Virus record (IMG/VR): IMGVR_UViG_3300026097_000876
Span: 62,001 to 126,000 of that record
Length of the DNA stretch: 64,000 nucleotides
Strand: one strand, 5' to 3'
The notes under the pieces were generated by a model. It saw nothing but the letters and a program-made list of their open reading frames with translations. It did no database searches and was not told where the DNA came from. Of the stretch, positions 42,952-52,054 are shown in pieces. Both the position numbers and the translations under genes were made by a program. Position 1 is the first letter of the stretch. Each line of letters opens with the position of its first letter.

Positions 42952-45519
42952 TTATCTTAATCCTGCTAACTGCTGAATTCTAGACATTTCTTTATCTTGC
43001 CCTTGAAGTAATGTTGTTATCACTTCTTGAGCATCATCAACTGCACTATCACCGTACTGTTTTTGTACCGCTGTTAGTACCGCTGTTTCTCCCTTTGGAA
43101 AAGAATTTTGTGTATAATCATACATAGTTTTAACAAACTCTTCTAATGAAATTTCATCTGGTGCGCTTGGCTCATCGTCAAATGATTCTTTTTCTTTACC
43201 TTTTCCAAATAATGCTTGAAATACTTTATATCCGCCAAATAATAATGCTAATACAACTGCTGCAGGTAATGCATGTTTCTTAGCCATACTAACAATATTA
43301 TCTATATTTGGAAGTTTGTCTAATGCGCCGCCTGCCATAGCTTTTAGTTCATCTGCTGTTTGAGCAACTTTATTGCCTGCAGCTTTTACATTGTTTTGTA
43401 CAGTTGCCATTGTATCTGCTGCCTGCTGAGGTAATTGAGAAATTGTATCGGCCGCCGAAGCAACACCTTTCGCGGTATCAACAGCGCCTTGTGCAATTTT
43501 GGCTGTTGTGTCTGGATTAGCAGCTGCTACACCTCCTACTGTGGTTTTTACAGGATTTTTGACAGCAAACTTAGCAATTTCTTTTGCTCCTTTTGCTGCT
43601 GTAGGAAGTAATTTAGGTGCAATATATCTAGCAGCGGCTGTAGCTGCCGGAATTAAAAATTGAATAAATTCGTTTAGTTGTTCACTTTCGTTCATCTGGC
43701 TGTCAGCTAACATCTTAGCCGCTGTACCTTTGTCCATTGTTACTTTACGCATTTTACCAGAACCTTTTGGATATTCGAATTCTGTCTCACCTTTGGCCGC
43801 CGCATTTGCCGCCGCCATTTTGAAATCTTCAAATGCTTGTTCTTCTGCTGTAACAGTTTCTGACTGTGCATCACTATCTTTTTCTGCTTCGTGATGCTGT
43901 GAAAGTTCAATCCATAATGCTCGAGGCTTTAATCCGGCTTCGTCTCTTTCTGCATCGTAGCCGGCCTTGGCTTCATCTGGTATGCTAATTTGCTTGCCTC
44001 TTCCGGCATCCAATACAGCCTGTGCTAGTTGTTCTTGATACTTTTCACTAATTCCTATAATACTCATGTAAGTTTTAAGATTCATATGTCCTGAAATACC
44101 TGCCTGGCCCGGCTTAAATTCATCGTCATAAGTTGTTACTAGTGGATTCTCATCTGTGGTAATTCTGTCGCCTTTCGGGGCGGCGACTCTGAAGTCTTCG
44201 CCTCTTCCTTCAAAAAATGTATCTAAATCTTCTAGTTCAACGCCCTCAATTCTCTTACAGCTACCTTTTTCGCCGCGCTTCTTGCCTTTCACACGTCTGT
44301 ATCCTTTCCAGCACTTGTCGTAGATCTCGTCGTCACTGCGTCTTTCGCCTTCTGCAAACTGTCCCATTAAGCTCTCAATGCTAGACTCGATTGTTTCATC
44401 ATATCCGCTAAAGTCTTCGTTGTTATCCTCGTGCGGTCCCGACCACTCTTTGCAATCACTGCAAATGCCGAGTCCGTCATTGTAGTTCAATAACGGAGCA
44501 TCGCAACATGCACTCATTGATTCGTCATCGTCGTCATCGCGATATTCACCTAGTAAATCTTCAGGACCAATTTCTTCAACAACATTTGCTTTACCTACCA
44601 GTTTATAGATGTACGGAAATACGTCTTTTAGTTCCTCATTAAACTGGCGAATAGTAAGTTCGTCGATCCAGTTTGCTGTAACGTCTTCTGGCACGTCTTC
44701 CATTACAGTTTCTTCAAAATTTTCTAGTGTTGTGGTATAATGATTTTGTTTTTGAAGGGACTCTACTGTTTTCTTTACTGTGTCAATTCTGTCATTTACT
44801 ACATCCATATACTGCGAAAGACCTTCTGCCATCACAGTTGAGCGATTCATGTATGTTTTAAATTTACGTAAGTTTGATAACTCTTCTGAAAGACTAGAAA
44901 TATGAGATCCAAATGTGTCATAAGGATTACCGCCTTCTGCTACATGACGAGCCATTGCTCTTGCACCATTTAAGTGTCTATACGGATATTTAAATCTTTC
45001 TCCGGCATTACTTTCGATATAGATGCTGTGAATACTAGAATTTCTTCCCGTTGCTGATTCTTGGTTAATCGGTGCAGAATGTTTAATAACCATTCTAGCT
45101 GATCCTATATTTTGGTAGCTAGTTCTGCTAGTACCGTATAACTTTGATTCGCTCATTTGTTTCTCCGTGCTAAGGTATTGGTAATCTCTTTTATCTAAAT
45201 TTGATTTAGTTATATCTCTTGTATCAAAATTTAACATTCTTTTTTTAGCAAAGATTCTAAGTTCCTTTAAAAAATCAAACCATTTTGATTTTAAAACTTC
45301 TTCGTGCTCTGCAAATAGATCTTTACTATACATAACAGTAAGATCTTCTTCATCTAATGTAATACTTACCTTTTTTCCACTAGTAAAATTAAACTCAAAA
45401 AATCTACCATTAGAAACTTCGTTAGTAATTGTAGCAGATTCGTCGCCGACTGTTACACTAGGAAATCGTCCTCTAATTTTGTTAAATAATTCTGTTGCAA
45501 TAGTGTCAAGGTTTTTCAT
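42952..45519 (-). CDS. Large mosaic hypothetical protein, 855 aa, probably virion-associated
   Basis: ORF track; late promoter GATAAATA 5 nt upstream. Confidence 0.75.
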   Translation of the reverse strand: MKNLDTIATELFNKIRGRFPSVTVGDESATITNEVSNGRFFEFNFTSGKKVSITLDEEDLTVMYSKDLFAEHEEVLKSKWFDFLKELRIFAKKRMLNFDTRDITKSNLDKRDYQYLSTEKQMSESKLYGTSRTSYQNIGSARMVIKHSAPINQESATGRNSSIHSIYIESNAGERFKYPYRHLNGARAMARHVAEGGNPYDTFGSHISSLSEELSNLRKFKTYMNRSTVMAEGLSQYMDVVNDRIDTVKKTVESLQKQNHYTTTLENFEETVMEDVPEDVTANWIDELTIRQFNEELKDVFPYIYKLVGKANVVEEIGPEDLLGEYRDDDDDESMSACCDAPLLNYNDGLGICSDCKEWSGPHEDNNEDFSGYDETIESSIESLMGQFAEGERRSDDEIYDKCWKGYRRVKGKKRGEKGSCKRIEGVELEDLDTFFEGRGEDFRVAAPKGDRITTDENPLVTTYDDEFKPGQAGISGHMNLKTYMSIIGISEKYQEQLAQAVLDAGRGKQISIPDEAKAGYDAERDEAGLKPRALWIELSQHHEAEKDSDAQSETVTAEEQAFEDFKMAAANAAAKGETEFEYPKGSGKMRKVTMDKGTAAKMLADSQMNESEQLNEFIQFLIPAATAAARYIAPKLLPTAAKGAKEIAKFAVKNPVKTTVGGVAAANPDTTAKIAQGAVDTAKGVASAADTISQLPQQAADTMATVQNNVKAAGNKVAQTADELKAMAGGALDKLPNIDNIVSMAKKHALPAAVVLALLFGGYKVFQALFGKGKEKESFDDEPSAPDEISLEEFVKTMYDYTQNSFPKGETAVLTAVQKQYGDSAVDDAQEVITTLLQGQDKEMSRIQQLAGLR

Positions 45520-45527
45520 ACTAGTAT

Positions 45528-47114
45528 TTATCCTAGACCGCCTGTAACAAAGATTGGCATTGGAGCTTCGTATTCTTCAAATTCTGTATCAGTTTGTGTA
45601 AAAGTATTATATATTCTAGGATCCCAATCTTTTAAAACTGTCATCATTCTTAATGCAAGAATAGTCGCCATAACTAAATCGTCTGTTGCTCCGGACTTAG
45701 CCTTAAAACTTGTACCAGTAGCTACAAATCCTTTTAACTCACTTATTAATGCACTACTATTAATTTTAAGTTTTTCGTTTTCGATCATAGTCTTTAATCG
45801 ACTACATGCTGAAATTTTAGTACCGTGCGTAGTGTTAAATCCTTTGCGGAACTTTCTTACATGTCCTTTGCGCATAGGCTCGCTAACAAACAAGCCCGGT
45901 ATATTCTCTTCACCAAAATCGTTAATTACAATTAATGCAGCTTCACCGATAGAATTATTTTCCACGCTCCAATATATATTTGTTCCGCTAGTTCCACATT
46001 GTTCTTTGATGTGTGTGCAGATATCTGTAAGTATTCTAATCTGTGCAGGTATGGGCGTTTCGTTATGCCTCCATTCTGCTACTTGAGTATACGACGGTAG
46101 TTCAAATACTTGTATAGCTGCATAATCACCGCCAGTGCCCATACTTGGATCAAGTGCAACAGCATAGTTTTCTGTAGACTTAGGTTTAGCAAACCATCGT
46201 GTTTGTCCCATGTTCATTATAGGATCAATGCCTTCCATGCCAGACAGTTTAAGTGAACTAATTAGTGTTTCGTCATAAACTAGAAATTCGCATCCATACT
46301 CTCGGCGAAATCTCTCTTCACCAATTCTTCCAATCTCTGCTCGTTTCCATTCGTCGTCACGATCTGGATGCTCATCCCAAGTAGCTGTAAAACCAAAAAA
46401 TCCATTAGTTCCGATTTCTTGTTCATTGCCATACTCGTCAAATTTATTTTGGCTTTCTTTCCAAATAGTAGCAAACGTATCTTCGTCTGAATTTGGTGTT
46501 GATGTAAGAATTGCACGACCACCAGTTGCTAGCGTAGGTGATATCGAAGTCCAAAATTCTTCAGCAATACCAGGATTTACAAATGCAAACTCGTCACAAT
46601 ATAATAACGATATTGACATGCCTCGTCCTGTGTTACCAGTTGTTGTTGAACTTACAATACGTGAACCGTTTTCAAATTCGATACTACCTTTATTGTAACT
46701 AGTAACACCTGCTCTAATATGATCTGGGCAAGTTTCGTATACAAATCGAATTCGTTGCATGATTTCTTGTGCACCCGAATACTTGTGTGCAGCAATAAGA
46801 ATTGTTTGGTCTGGATTAAACATAGCATACCATGCTAGATATACCGCTGCACAGGTTGTTTTTCCTGTTTGACGAGGTAGCATGTTAACATTGAACCTAT
46901 TATCATGATACGATTGTAAAAGTCGTACTTGATAATCAAAAGGATCGAATAGTAACTTTCCTTTTACAGGATGTTGAATATATGCAAATTTACGAGCAAA
47001 ATAAAGATACCCTAATTCAGGATCCATGCATTTTGCAAGATCAGTAATTTGTTCTTCTGTATATGTTTCTCGTTGATTTGCTTTTTTGGTTAATACGCCA
47101 TCTAATGATTTCAT
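45528..47114 (-). CDS. gp17: Terminase large subunit
   Basis: PRQTGKTT; LYCDEFAF; STPN; nuclease ALDPSMG; DDLVMA. Confidence 0.95.
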   Translation of the reverse strand: MKSLDGVLTKKANQRETYTEEQITDLAKCMDPELGYLYFARKFAYIQHPVKGKLLFDPFDYQVRLLQSYHDNRFNVNMLPRQTGKTTCAAVYLAWYAMFNPDQTILIAAHKYSGAQEIMQRIRFVYETCPDHIRAGVTSYNKGSIEFENGSRIVSSTTTGNTGRGMSISLLYCDEFAFVNPGIAEEFWTSISPTLATGGRAILTSTPNSDEDTFATIWKESQNKFDEYGNEQEIGTNGFFGFTATWDEHPDRDDEWKRAEIGRIGEERFRREYGCEFLVYDETLISSLKLSGMEGIDPIMNMGQTRWFAKPKSTENYAVALDPSMGTGGDYAAIQVFELPSYTQVAEWRHNETPIPAQIRILTDICTHIKEQCGTSGTNIYWSVENNSIGEAALIVINDFGEENIPGLFVSEPMRKGHVRKFRKGFNTTHGTKISACSRLKTMIENEKLKINSSALISELKGFVATGTSFKAKSGATDDLVMATILALRMMTVLKDWDPRIYNTFTQTDTEFEEYEAPMPIFVTGGLG

Positions 47115-47127
47115 AAAGTATTTACCC

Positions 47128-47154
47128 AAAAAAATAGCGCCTTTCGACGCTATT
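47128..47154 (-). terminator. Rho-independent terminator
   Basis: ATAGCG(T)C-GAAA-GGCGCTAT followed by T7 on the minus strand. Confidence 0.75.
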
Positions 47155-47159
47155 GATTT

Positions 47160-48161
47160 TTACTTTTTATAGTTTTGATAAAAAGTTTCTAGTTCTTCTT
47201 TAATTTTATCTTTTAGTGCCATTGGATTATCTCCGCCTGCAACTTTTGGATATGATTTTTTGGATTTGTTTAAATCATTTCCGCTTCTACTCATATCCGA
47301 ATATGATGAATAATGTTCGTTTGGTTCGTTTTCATAATCTTCACCTGTTAGTTTATCGCCAATTGATGATCCAGCTACTGAACCTGCTAGTGCTGGGAGT
47401 GCTTTGCCAGCTGCTTGTCCTATTGCTGCTCCAGTGGGGCCAGCAATAGCACCGCCCAGGGCACCGCCTGCTGCACCCAATGCATCGGCGGCTCCTGCAC
47501 CTAATGTCGATCCTGCTGCTCCACCTAATACACCGCCTGCTAACGAACCTAACATACCGGCTTGTAAATCTTGATCGCCTTCAACATCGTCGCGACCTGG
47601 AATATTTGGGTCATCTTCATCGTCGCTGTTTAATGCTCCGCCAATTGCACCGCCTGCTGCGGCTCCTAAAGGTCCGCCGACCATGCCGCCCAGTGCCGCT
47701 CCTGCTGCTCCGCCAAGGCCACCACCGCCTGCTAATGCTCCTAAAGGTCCGCCGAGGGCACCGCCTGCTAATGCACTACCTGCTCCTGCGCCAATGCCTG
47801 AGCCAATAGCACCTGCTGTTAAGTCTTGGTCGCCGGGTACATCGTCCCTTCCAGGAATGTCTGGATTATCATCTAATGCTGATCTAAATTTTTCCATATC
47901 TGAACGCATATTTCCAGTTGGTGCTGAAACTTCCTGCGGATTCATTCCTGCATTACGCATCATTGCCATTAATTGCCCAACTTGACCTGCATCATCTGCT
48001 GTCATTGAAATGTTCATCGAGGCTGATTCGTTAACAACTTCTTTAGTTGACGCATCATGAAATCCTTCTAAAATAGCCTTCATGTCGTTTGCATCGGTTT
48101 TATTAGATGTGCCGCTAGTTGATACACCGTCCATTGCTTGTAAGATTTTTTTCATGTCCAT
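47160..48161 (-). CDS. Gly/Ala-rich glycine-zipper protein with an internal duplication
   Basis: Two IPGRDDV.GDQDL.AG units, each followed by GxxxG repeats. Confidence 0.75.
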   Translation of the reverse strand: MDMKKILQAMDGVSTSGTSNKTDANDMKAILEGFHDASTKEVVNESASMNISMTADDAGQVGQLMAMMRNAGMNPQEVSAPTGNMRSDMEKFRSALDDNPDIPGRDDVPGDQDLTAGAIGSGIGAGAGSALAGGALGGPLGALAGGGGLGGAAGAALGGMVGGPLGAAAGGAIGGALNSDDEDDPNIPGRDDVEGDQDLQAGMLGSLAGGVLGGAAGSTLGAGAADALGAAGGALGGAIAGPTGAAIGQAAGKALPALAGSVAGSSIGDKLTGEDYENEPNEHYSSYSDMSRSGNDLNKSKKSYPKVAGGDNPMALKDKIKEELETFYQNYKK

Positions 48162-48162
48162 A

Positions 48163-48723
48163 TTATTTGCTCCCTACTGGAGATATACTAACTCCAGAAT
48201 CTTTGATATCTGTTGTTTTACCTGGAGTGACGTCTGCAATAGGATCATTTTCTCTTTCTTTACGTGCTTCTTCCAGTTCTTTTAACAAATCCATAACTCT
48301 GTTTGTACCTACAGTATTTTGAGCATCTGGATCAGCTTGTTCCATTTCTAGTGTATCTAATTTTGATTGATAATTAGTTTCGTCTTCTTGTGTTTGATAG
48401 TCAATTCTTGGATCTTGTTTAGTTCTTACAATTACCGAAGCTCTTTCTACACCACAACACATTGAAAGATATTCTTCTAAAACTTGCGGAGTAGTAGGAT
48501 AGTTAAGTTCTGCTTCGTAGTATGTTACTTCACAATTAGAAAGTTGTGGGAAATCCAAAGGACGTTCTTGAATTGGTGTTTTTTTACCAGTGCTCATTGA
48601 TGCTACACTATAGCGATCTAGTGCAGATTCTAAGCTGTCTTCGAAACCCTCAGGGAGCTCTCCAGCAACACCAATACTGAATTCGTACACTTTTTTTGCT
48701 TCTGTTAGGTATTTCTCAAACAT
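48163..48723 (-). CDS. Hypothetical late protein, 186 aa
   Basis: ORF track; GATAAATA upstream. Confidence 0.75.
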   Translation of the reverse strand: MFEKYLTEAKKVYEFSIGVAGELPEGFEDSLESALDRYSVASMSTGKKTPIQERPLDFPQLSNCEVTYYEAELNYPTTPQVLEEYLSMCCGVERASVIVRTKQDPRIDYQTQEDETNYQSKLDTLEMEQADPDAQNTVGTNRVMDLLKELEEARKERENDPIADVTPGKTTDIKDSGVSISPVGSK

Positions 48724-48743
48724 GTTCTTTTTCCTATTATAAA

Positions 48744-49232
48744 TTATTTATCCATATTCTTAAGTTTTTCTAGCAAACTATTACGGTCTGTGATAATAGC
48801 ACCTTCGCCCTGAACAATGTTGCCATCGACTTCGCTGTTATCTTTGTCCATTTTTTCTTTTTTGAGTTGTAGTTCAACCATTTTAAGTTTTTTATCTAAT
48901 TTTGCAACCTTAGCATCAAGACTAGTTTTTAACATTCCGCCGGCAACCTCAAATACTCTGCCGCTGTACCTAGAGTCTACATTCATACCAAGATCCATTA
49001 AGTCTTCATATGCTTCCATTGCCTTGTCTGCAACTTCATTAAGTTCTTTATCAGCCATCTCTCCTAAACCTTTTACAGCGGGAAGTGCTGAAGAAATTTT
49101 GTCAAACTCTGCAATATCTCTTAGAGTATCATTTTGTTGTTCAACAACTTCTTTTTTCTCTTTCTTCTGCTCTTTTTTGATCATTTCTTTACTGTCAGGT
49201 AAGTCAAGAAGGTCTTCTAGTTTTTTTGTCAT
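48744..49232 (-). CDS. Probable terminase small subunit (T4 gp16-like)
   Basis: RVFEVAGGMLKT...KL motif resembles gp16 RAYEVAG.LIK; near TerL. Confidence 0.5.
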   Translation of the reverse strand: MTKKLEDLLDLPDSKEMIKKEQKKEKKEVVEQQNDTLRDIAEFDKISSALPAVKGLGEMADKELNEVADKAMEAYEDLMDLGMNVDSRYSGRVFEVAGGMLKTSLDAKVAKLDKKLKMVELQLKKEKMDKDNSEVDGNIVQGEGAIITDRNSLLEKLKNMDK

Positions 49233-49272
49233 ATCTACTCACATTAACTACTAATATTATTTATCATTAGTA

Positions 49273-49710
49273 TTATTTTCTATTTCCTTGATGAAACATA
49301 TCTTTTTCAGTGATAATTCTGAAACTAATTCCTTTAGACTTAGCATACTTACTTGCGGCTTCCCATTTTGCGGCATTGAGAACAGCATGTGCTTGATTGT
49401 GTTTAGAACGCCCTGCATTCTCCATAGTAGTTTGGTTATCAGGCTTTACTTCTATGAGTTCAACCATATTTTTGCCTTTTCTAGTTTTATATTGTATTAA
49501 GAAGTCGGGTACATATATTGTTGCTTTGCCAGTAAAAGGATTTCTGTAAGGTATTTTAACAGCTTCGCTAGCCCACATTTGAATTGCAGGATTTTCGTCA
49601 CAAAATTTCATAAATGCAAACTCCCAACTACTTCTATAAGTTGGAGTTAGTCTTCCTGCATATTTGTCAGGATTTTTTAGATTATATTTGCCTTGTGCAA
49701 ATCGTGACAT
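49273..49710 (-). CDS. gp4: Head completion nuclease (T4 gp4-like, TnsA fold)
   Basis: YRSSWE, WASE, YVPDF, IEVKP, NAAKWEAA. Confidence 0.85.
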   Translation of the reverse strand: MSRFAQGKYNLKNPDKYAGRLTPTYRSSWEFAFMKFCDENPAIQMWASEAVKIPYRNPFTGKATIYVPDFLIQYKTRKGKNMVELIEVKPDNQTTMENAGRSKHNQAHAVLNAAKWEAASKYAKSKGISFRIITEKDMFHQGNRK

Positions 49711-49714
49711 ATCA

Positions 49715-50098
49715 TTATCCTATGATATTTCTTGCTTCTAATGGATTAGTGGTGTTTGCGGATCTAAACCCTAGTGTGCTAGTTTTTTCACGATTAAAGT
49801 TTAACACTTGTGCTACAGCAAAACTTAATTGTAGTTTATTAAGTCCGTTAAGAGTATCAAGAAGTTCAAATACTTTTATCCCGTCAATTTTAGATTGCTG
49901 TAATAATACAGCCGAAGTCGAAATAGCTGCTTGTTTTTCAAAACCTTTAGATTCTAAAAATCCAATTACAGCATCAATTTCGTTGGATGGATACGAAAGT
50001 TGTTTTGAATAAAAAGTGTTAAACAATTTTTTAGTGTCACTTGCACTGTCAGTATTTTTCTTGACAGGCAAATTAAGTTCTACAGTTTTTGACGACAT
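49715..50098 (-). CDS. Hypothetical protein, 127 aa
   Basis: ORF track. Confidence 0.7.
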   Translation of the reverse strand: MSSKTVELNLPVKKNTDSASDTKKLFNTFYSKQLSYPSNEIDAVIGFLESKGFEKQAAISTSAVLLQQSKIDGIKVFELLDTLNGLNKLQLSFAVAQVLNFNREKTSTLGFRSANTTNPLEARNIIG

Positions 50099-50109
50099 TA
50101 ATTTTTCTC

Positions 50110-51300
50110 CTATGGTCCAAAATCGTTAGGATTTGGTGGCGGTTTACTAGTTTCGCCTCCTCCTGGGTTGGCGCCACTTAATAAACTTGCACCCCCTACT
50201 AATGCCGCAGCAGCTGCAACTGTGCCTATACTACCGCTACCGCCTTTAGGAAATGCTACTCCTGCAACACCACTTACATCAATACCGGTTGTTTCTCCAA
50301 TGGCACCAATTGCGGCTCCTAATAATTCTCCTTTGAGTCCACTAGCACTTAAATTTGAAGCATTAGTAATTGCATTAGCAGCTTTCAATACAGTTCCAAA
50401 GTTTGCTTTACCACTAGTAATGTCATCCAGTACTCCAAAGCCTCCAGCAAGCACTCCGCCTACTCCGAGCAAACTTGCTGCGCCCCCACCAGATAATGAA
50501 TTAGGACTCGGAGTTTTATCGTATAGTTCTTGTGCAAAACCTTTAGGGCCTGCATCCCCAACTGGACCTCTACTGTAATGCACAGTTTCATAATCAATAG
50601 TCATTTGGTTAGTAACAGTATCGCTAACACTATTGTCCATAGTGTCGTGTTGCCACGCACTAATAATAGGATTAACTAATGTCATTGCTGTGTAGCGTTT
50701 TCTTGACATTTGATGAATTGTAATACTTGAAAAGAAAGGAGCAAAACTATCGTTATCAAGACCGTATCTATATTGTCTTTGACTAAACAAATTTCCTCTG
50801 TTAAATTCTTCACTAAAACTAGGCAACGTATCTTGGTATTCTTTAATTGTTGGATCGGGTGCGCCAGCTGGTCCTACTTTTGTATAATTTCCGTCTCTAT
50901 AATAATACCTATAGTATGCTTCCCACATGGCTGTAGTCACACCATATGAATCGTCATGAAACTGAATAGTTACTGGTTGGTAGTCAATTCTTTTTTGAAC
51001 TACTCTTTTTCTATTGTATTGATGCTTTACATCAGTTTGAATATTATATGCCGGTAGTTGAACATTTTTAACCAACATATTAAGTTCATTAAGATGCTTT
51101 TCTGAAAGCTGAGGAATAATCGCAGATGCATCTCTATTAATCGTGAAACTTACATGATAAAGAAATTTTACCTTAGGTGAAAGTCTATGACTATCGTCAA
51201 CATATAGTCTAGCCGCGTGTTGATAATCTGCTAAGTTGCCTTTAGGATTTAATGCACCTGATGCAACGTTGTCTAAAAAACCATTTAAAAAGTTTGCCAT
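50110..51300 (-). CDS. Tail tube-like / baseplate tube initiator with a Gly-rich C-terminus
   Basis: LVKNVQLP, YQPVTIQFHDD, TIDYE; adjacent to the tube gene. Confidence 0.55.
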   Translation of the reverse strand: MANFLNGFLDNVASGALNPKGNLADYQHAARLYVDDSHRLSPKVKFLYHVSFTINRDASAIIPQLSEKHLNELNMLVKNVQLPAYNIQTDVKHQYNRKRVVQKRIDYQPVTIQFHDDSYGVTTAMWEAYYRYYYRDGNYTKVGPAGAPDPTIKEYQDTLPSFSEEFNRGNLFSQRQYRYGLDNDSFAPFFSSITIHQMSRKRYTAMTLVNPIISAWQHDTMDNSVSDTVTNQMTIDYETVHYSRGPVGDAGPKGFAQELYDKTPSPNSLSGGGAASLLGVGGVLAGGFGVLDDITSGKANFGTVLKAANAITNASNLSASGLKGELLGAAIGAIGETTGIDVSGVAGVAFPKGGSGSIGTVAAAAALVGGASLLSGANPGGGETSKPPPNPNDFGP

Positions 51301-51351
51301 ATAAATATTTATCCATTTATATTAACTACATATATAACTTTATTTAGTCAC

Positions 51352-51374
51352 AAAAAAAGGAGCTTGCGCTCCTT
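51352..51374 (-). terminator. Rho-independent terminator after the tail tube gene
   Basis: AAGGAGC-GCAA-GCTCCTT followed by a T run. Confidence 0.85.
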
Positions 51375-51394
51375 AGTTTGTAGTACTATACTAG

Positions 51395-52024
51395 TTAGAT
51401 AGAGCCGCCACCTGTAATAGCAGTATTAACTGTTCTACCTACTGCTGTACCAATTCCAGTACCCTGTGGTGTTTGAATTGCGTTATCGTAACGAATAGAT
51501 AATCCAACAGTTACAACTTCTGATGTTGCATAGTTAAGTGCATTATAATTAGCACTTTCTAAGTAACAACCGTAAAGCTCAAATGTTTCAAGTACTCCTG
51601 GTACATTAGCACCGTTGCCACCGTCTAAGATTTCAATTCTAGTTACAAACTTGTAATCTGCTCCACTTGCTGCACTTGACTGTTCAAAGAAATCAAACTG
51701 TTTCTGAAGTTGTTCACCAACTAATTTTTGTACATTGTTACTTACATCTTCACGCAAGTTAAGTGAAATTGGCTCCCAGTTGTGCTTGCCTGCTAAGTGT
51801 ACTCTTGAATTGTAAATATTAACAGTCATTTGTTCAAAACTAACATTAGGTCGTGTTACGTCCATAACTTGTTTTGTCAACTCTGTTGTCGGACTTGATA
51901 CGCCAAAGTTTTCTAAAGATACTCTAAAACGGTACTGTAGTTTTGGCATTAACAGACCTTGGTTAGATGCACTTGCGTTGCTATCTAGTGGTACTGTTAA
52001 TTTTGAAAGTGTTGAAATTGCCAT
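51395..52024 (-). CDS. gp19: Tail tube protein (T4 gp19-like)
   Basis: Follows the sheath gene; GKHNWEPISL; GCYLES.NY; IRYD. Confidence 0.8.
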   Translation of the reverse strand: MAISTLSKLTVPLDSNASASNQGLLMPKLQYRFRVSLENFGVSSPTTELTKQVMDVTRPNVSFEQMTVNIYNSRVHLAGKHNWEPISLNLREDVSNNVQKLVGEQLQKQFDFFEQSSAASGADYKFVTRIEILDGGNGANVPGVLETFELYGCYLESANYNALNYATSEVVTVGLSIRYDNAIQTPQGTGIGTAVGRTVNTAITGGGSI

Positions 52025-52054
52025 TATATGCTCCTGTTACTTTTATTTATCTGT

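Noticed and set aside
14061-47114. Inteins or introns in the helicase, UvsW, UvsX or terminase
   Set aside because: Lengths and motif spacing are normal, with no intein splice motifs or ORF interruptions.
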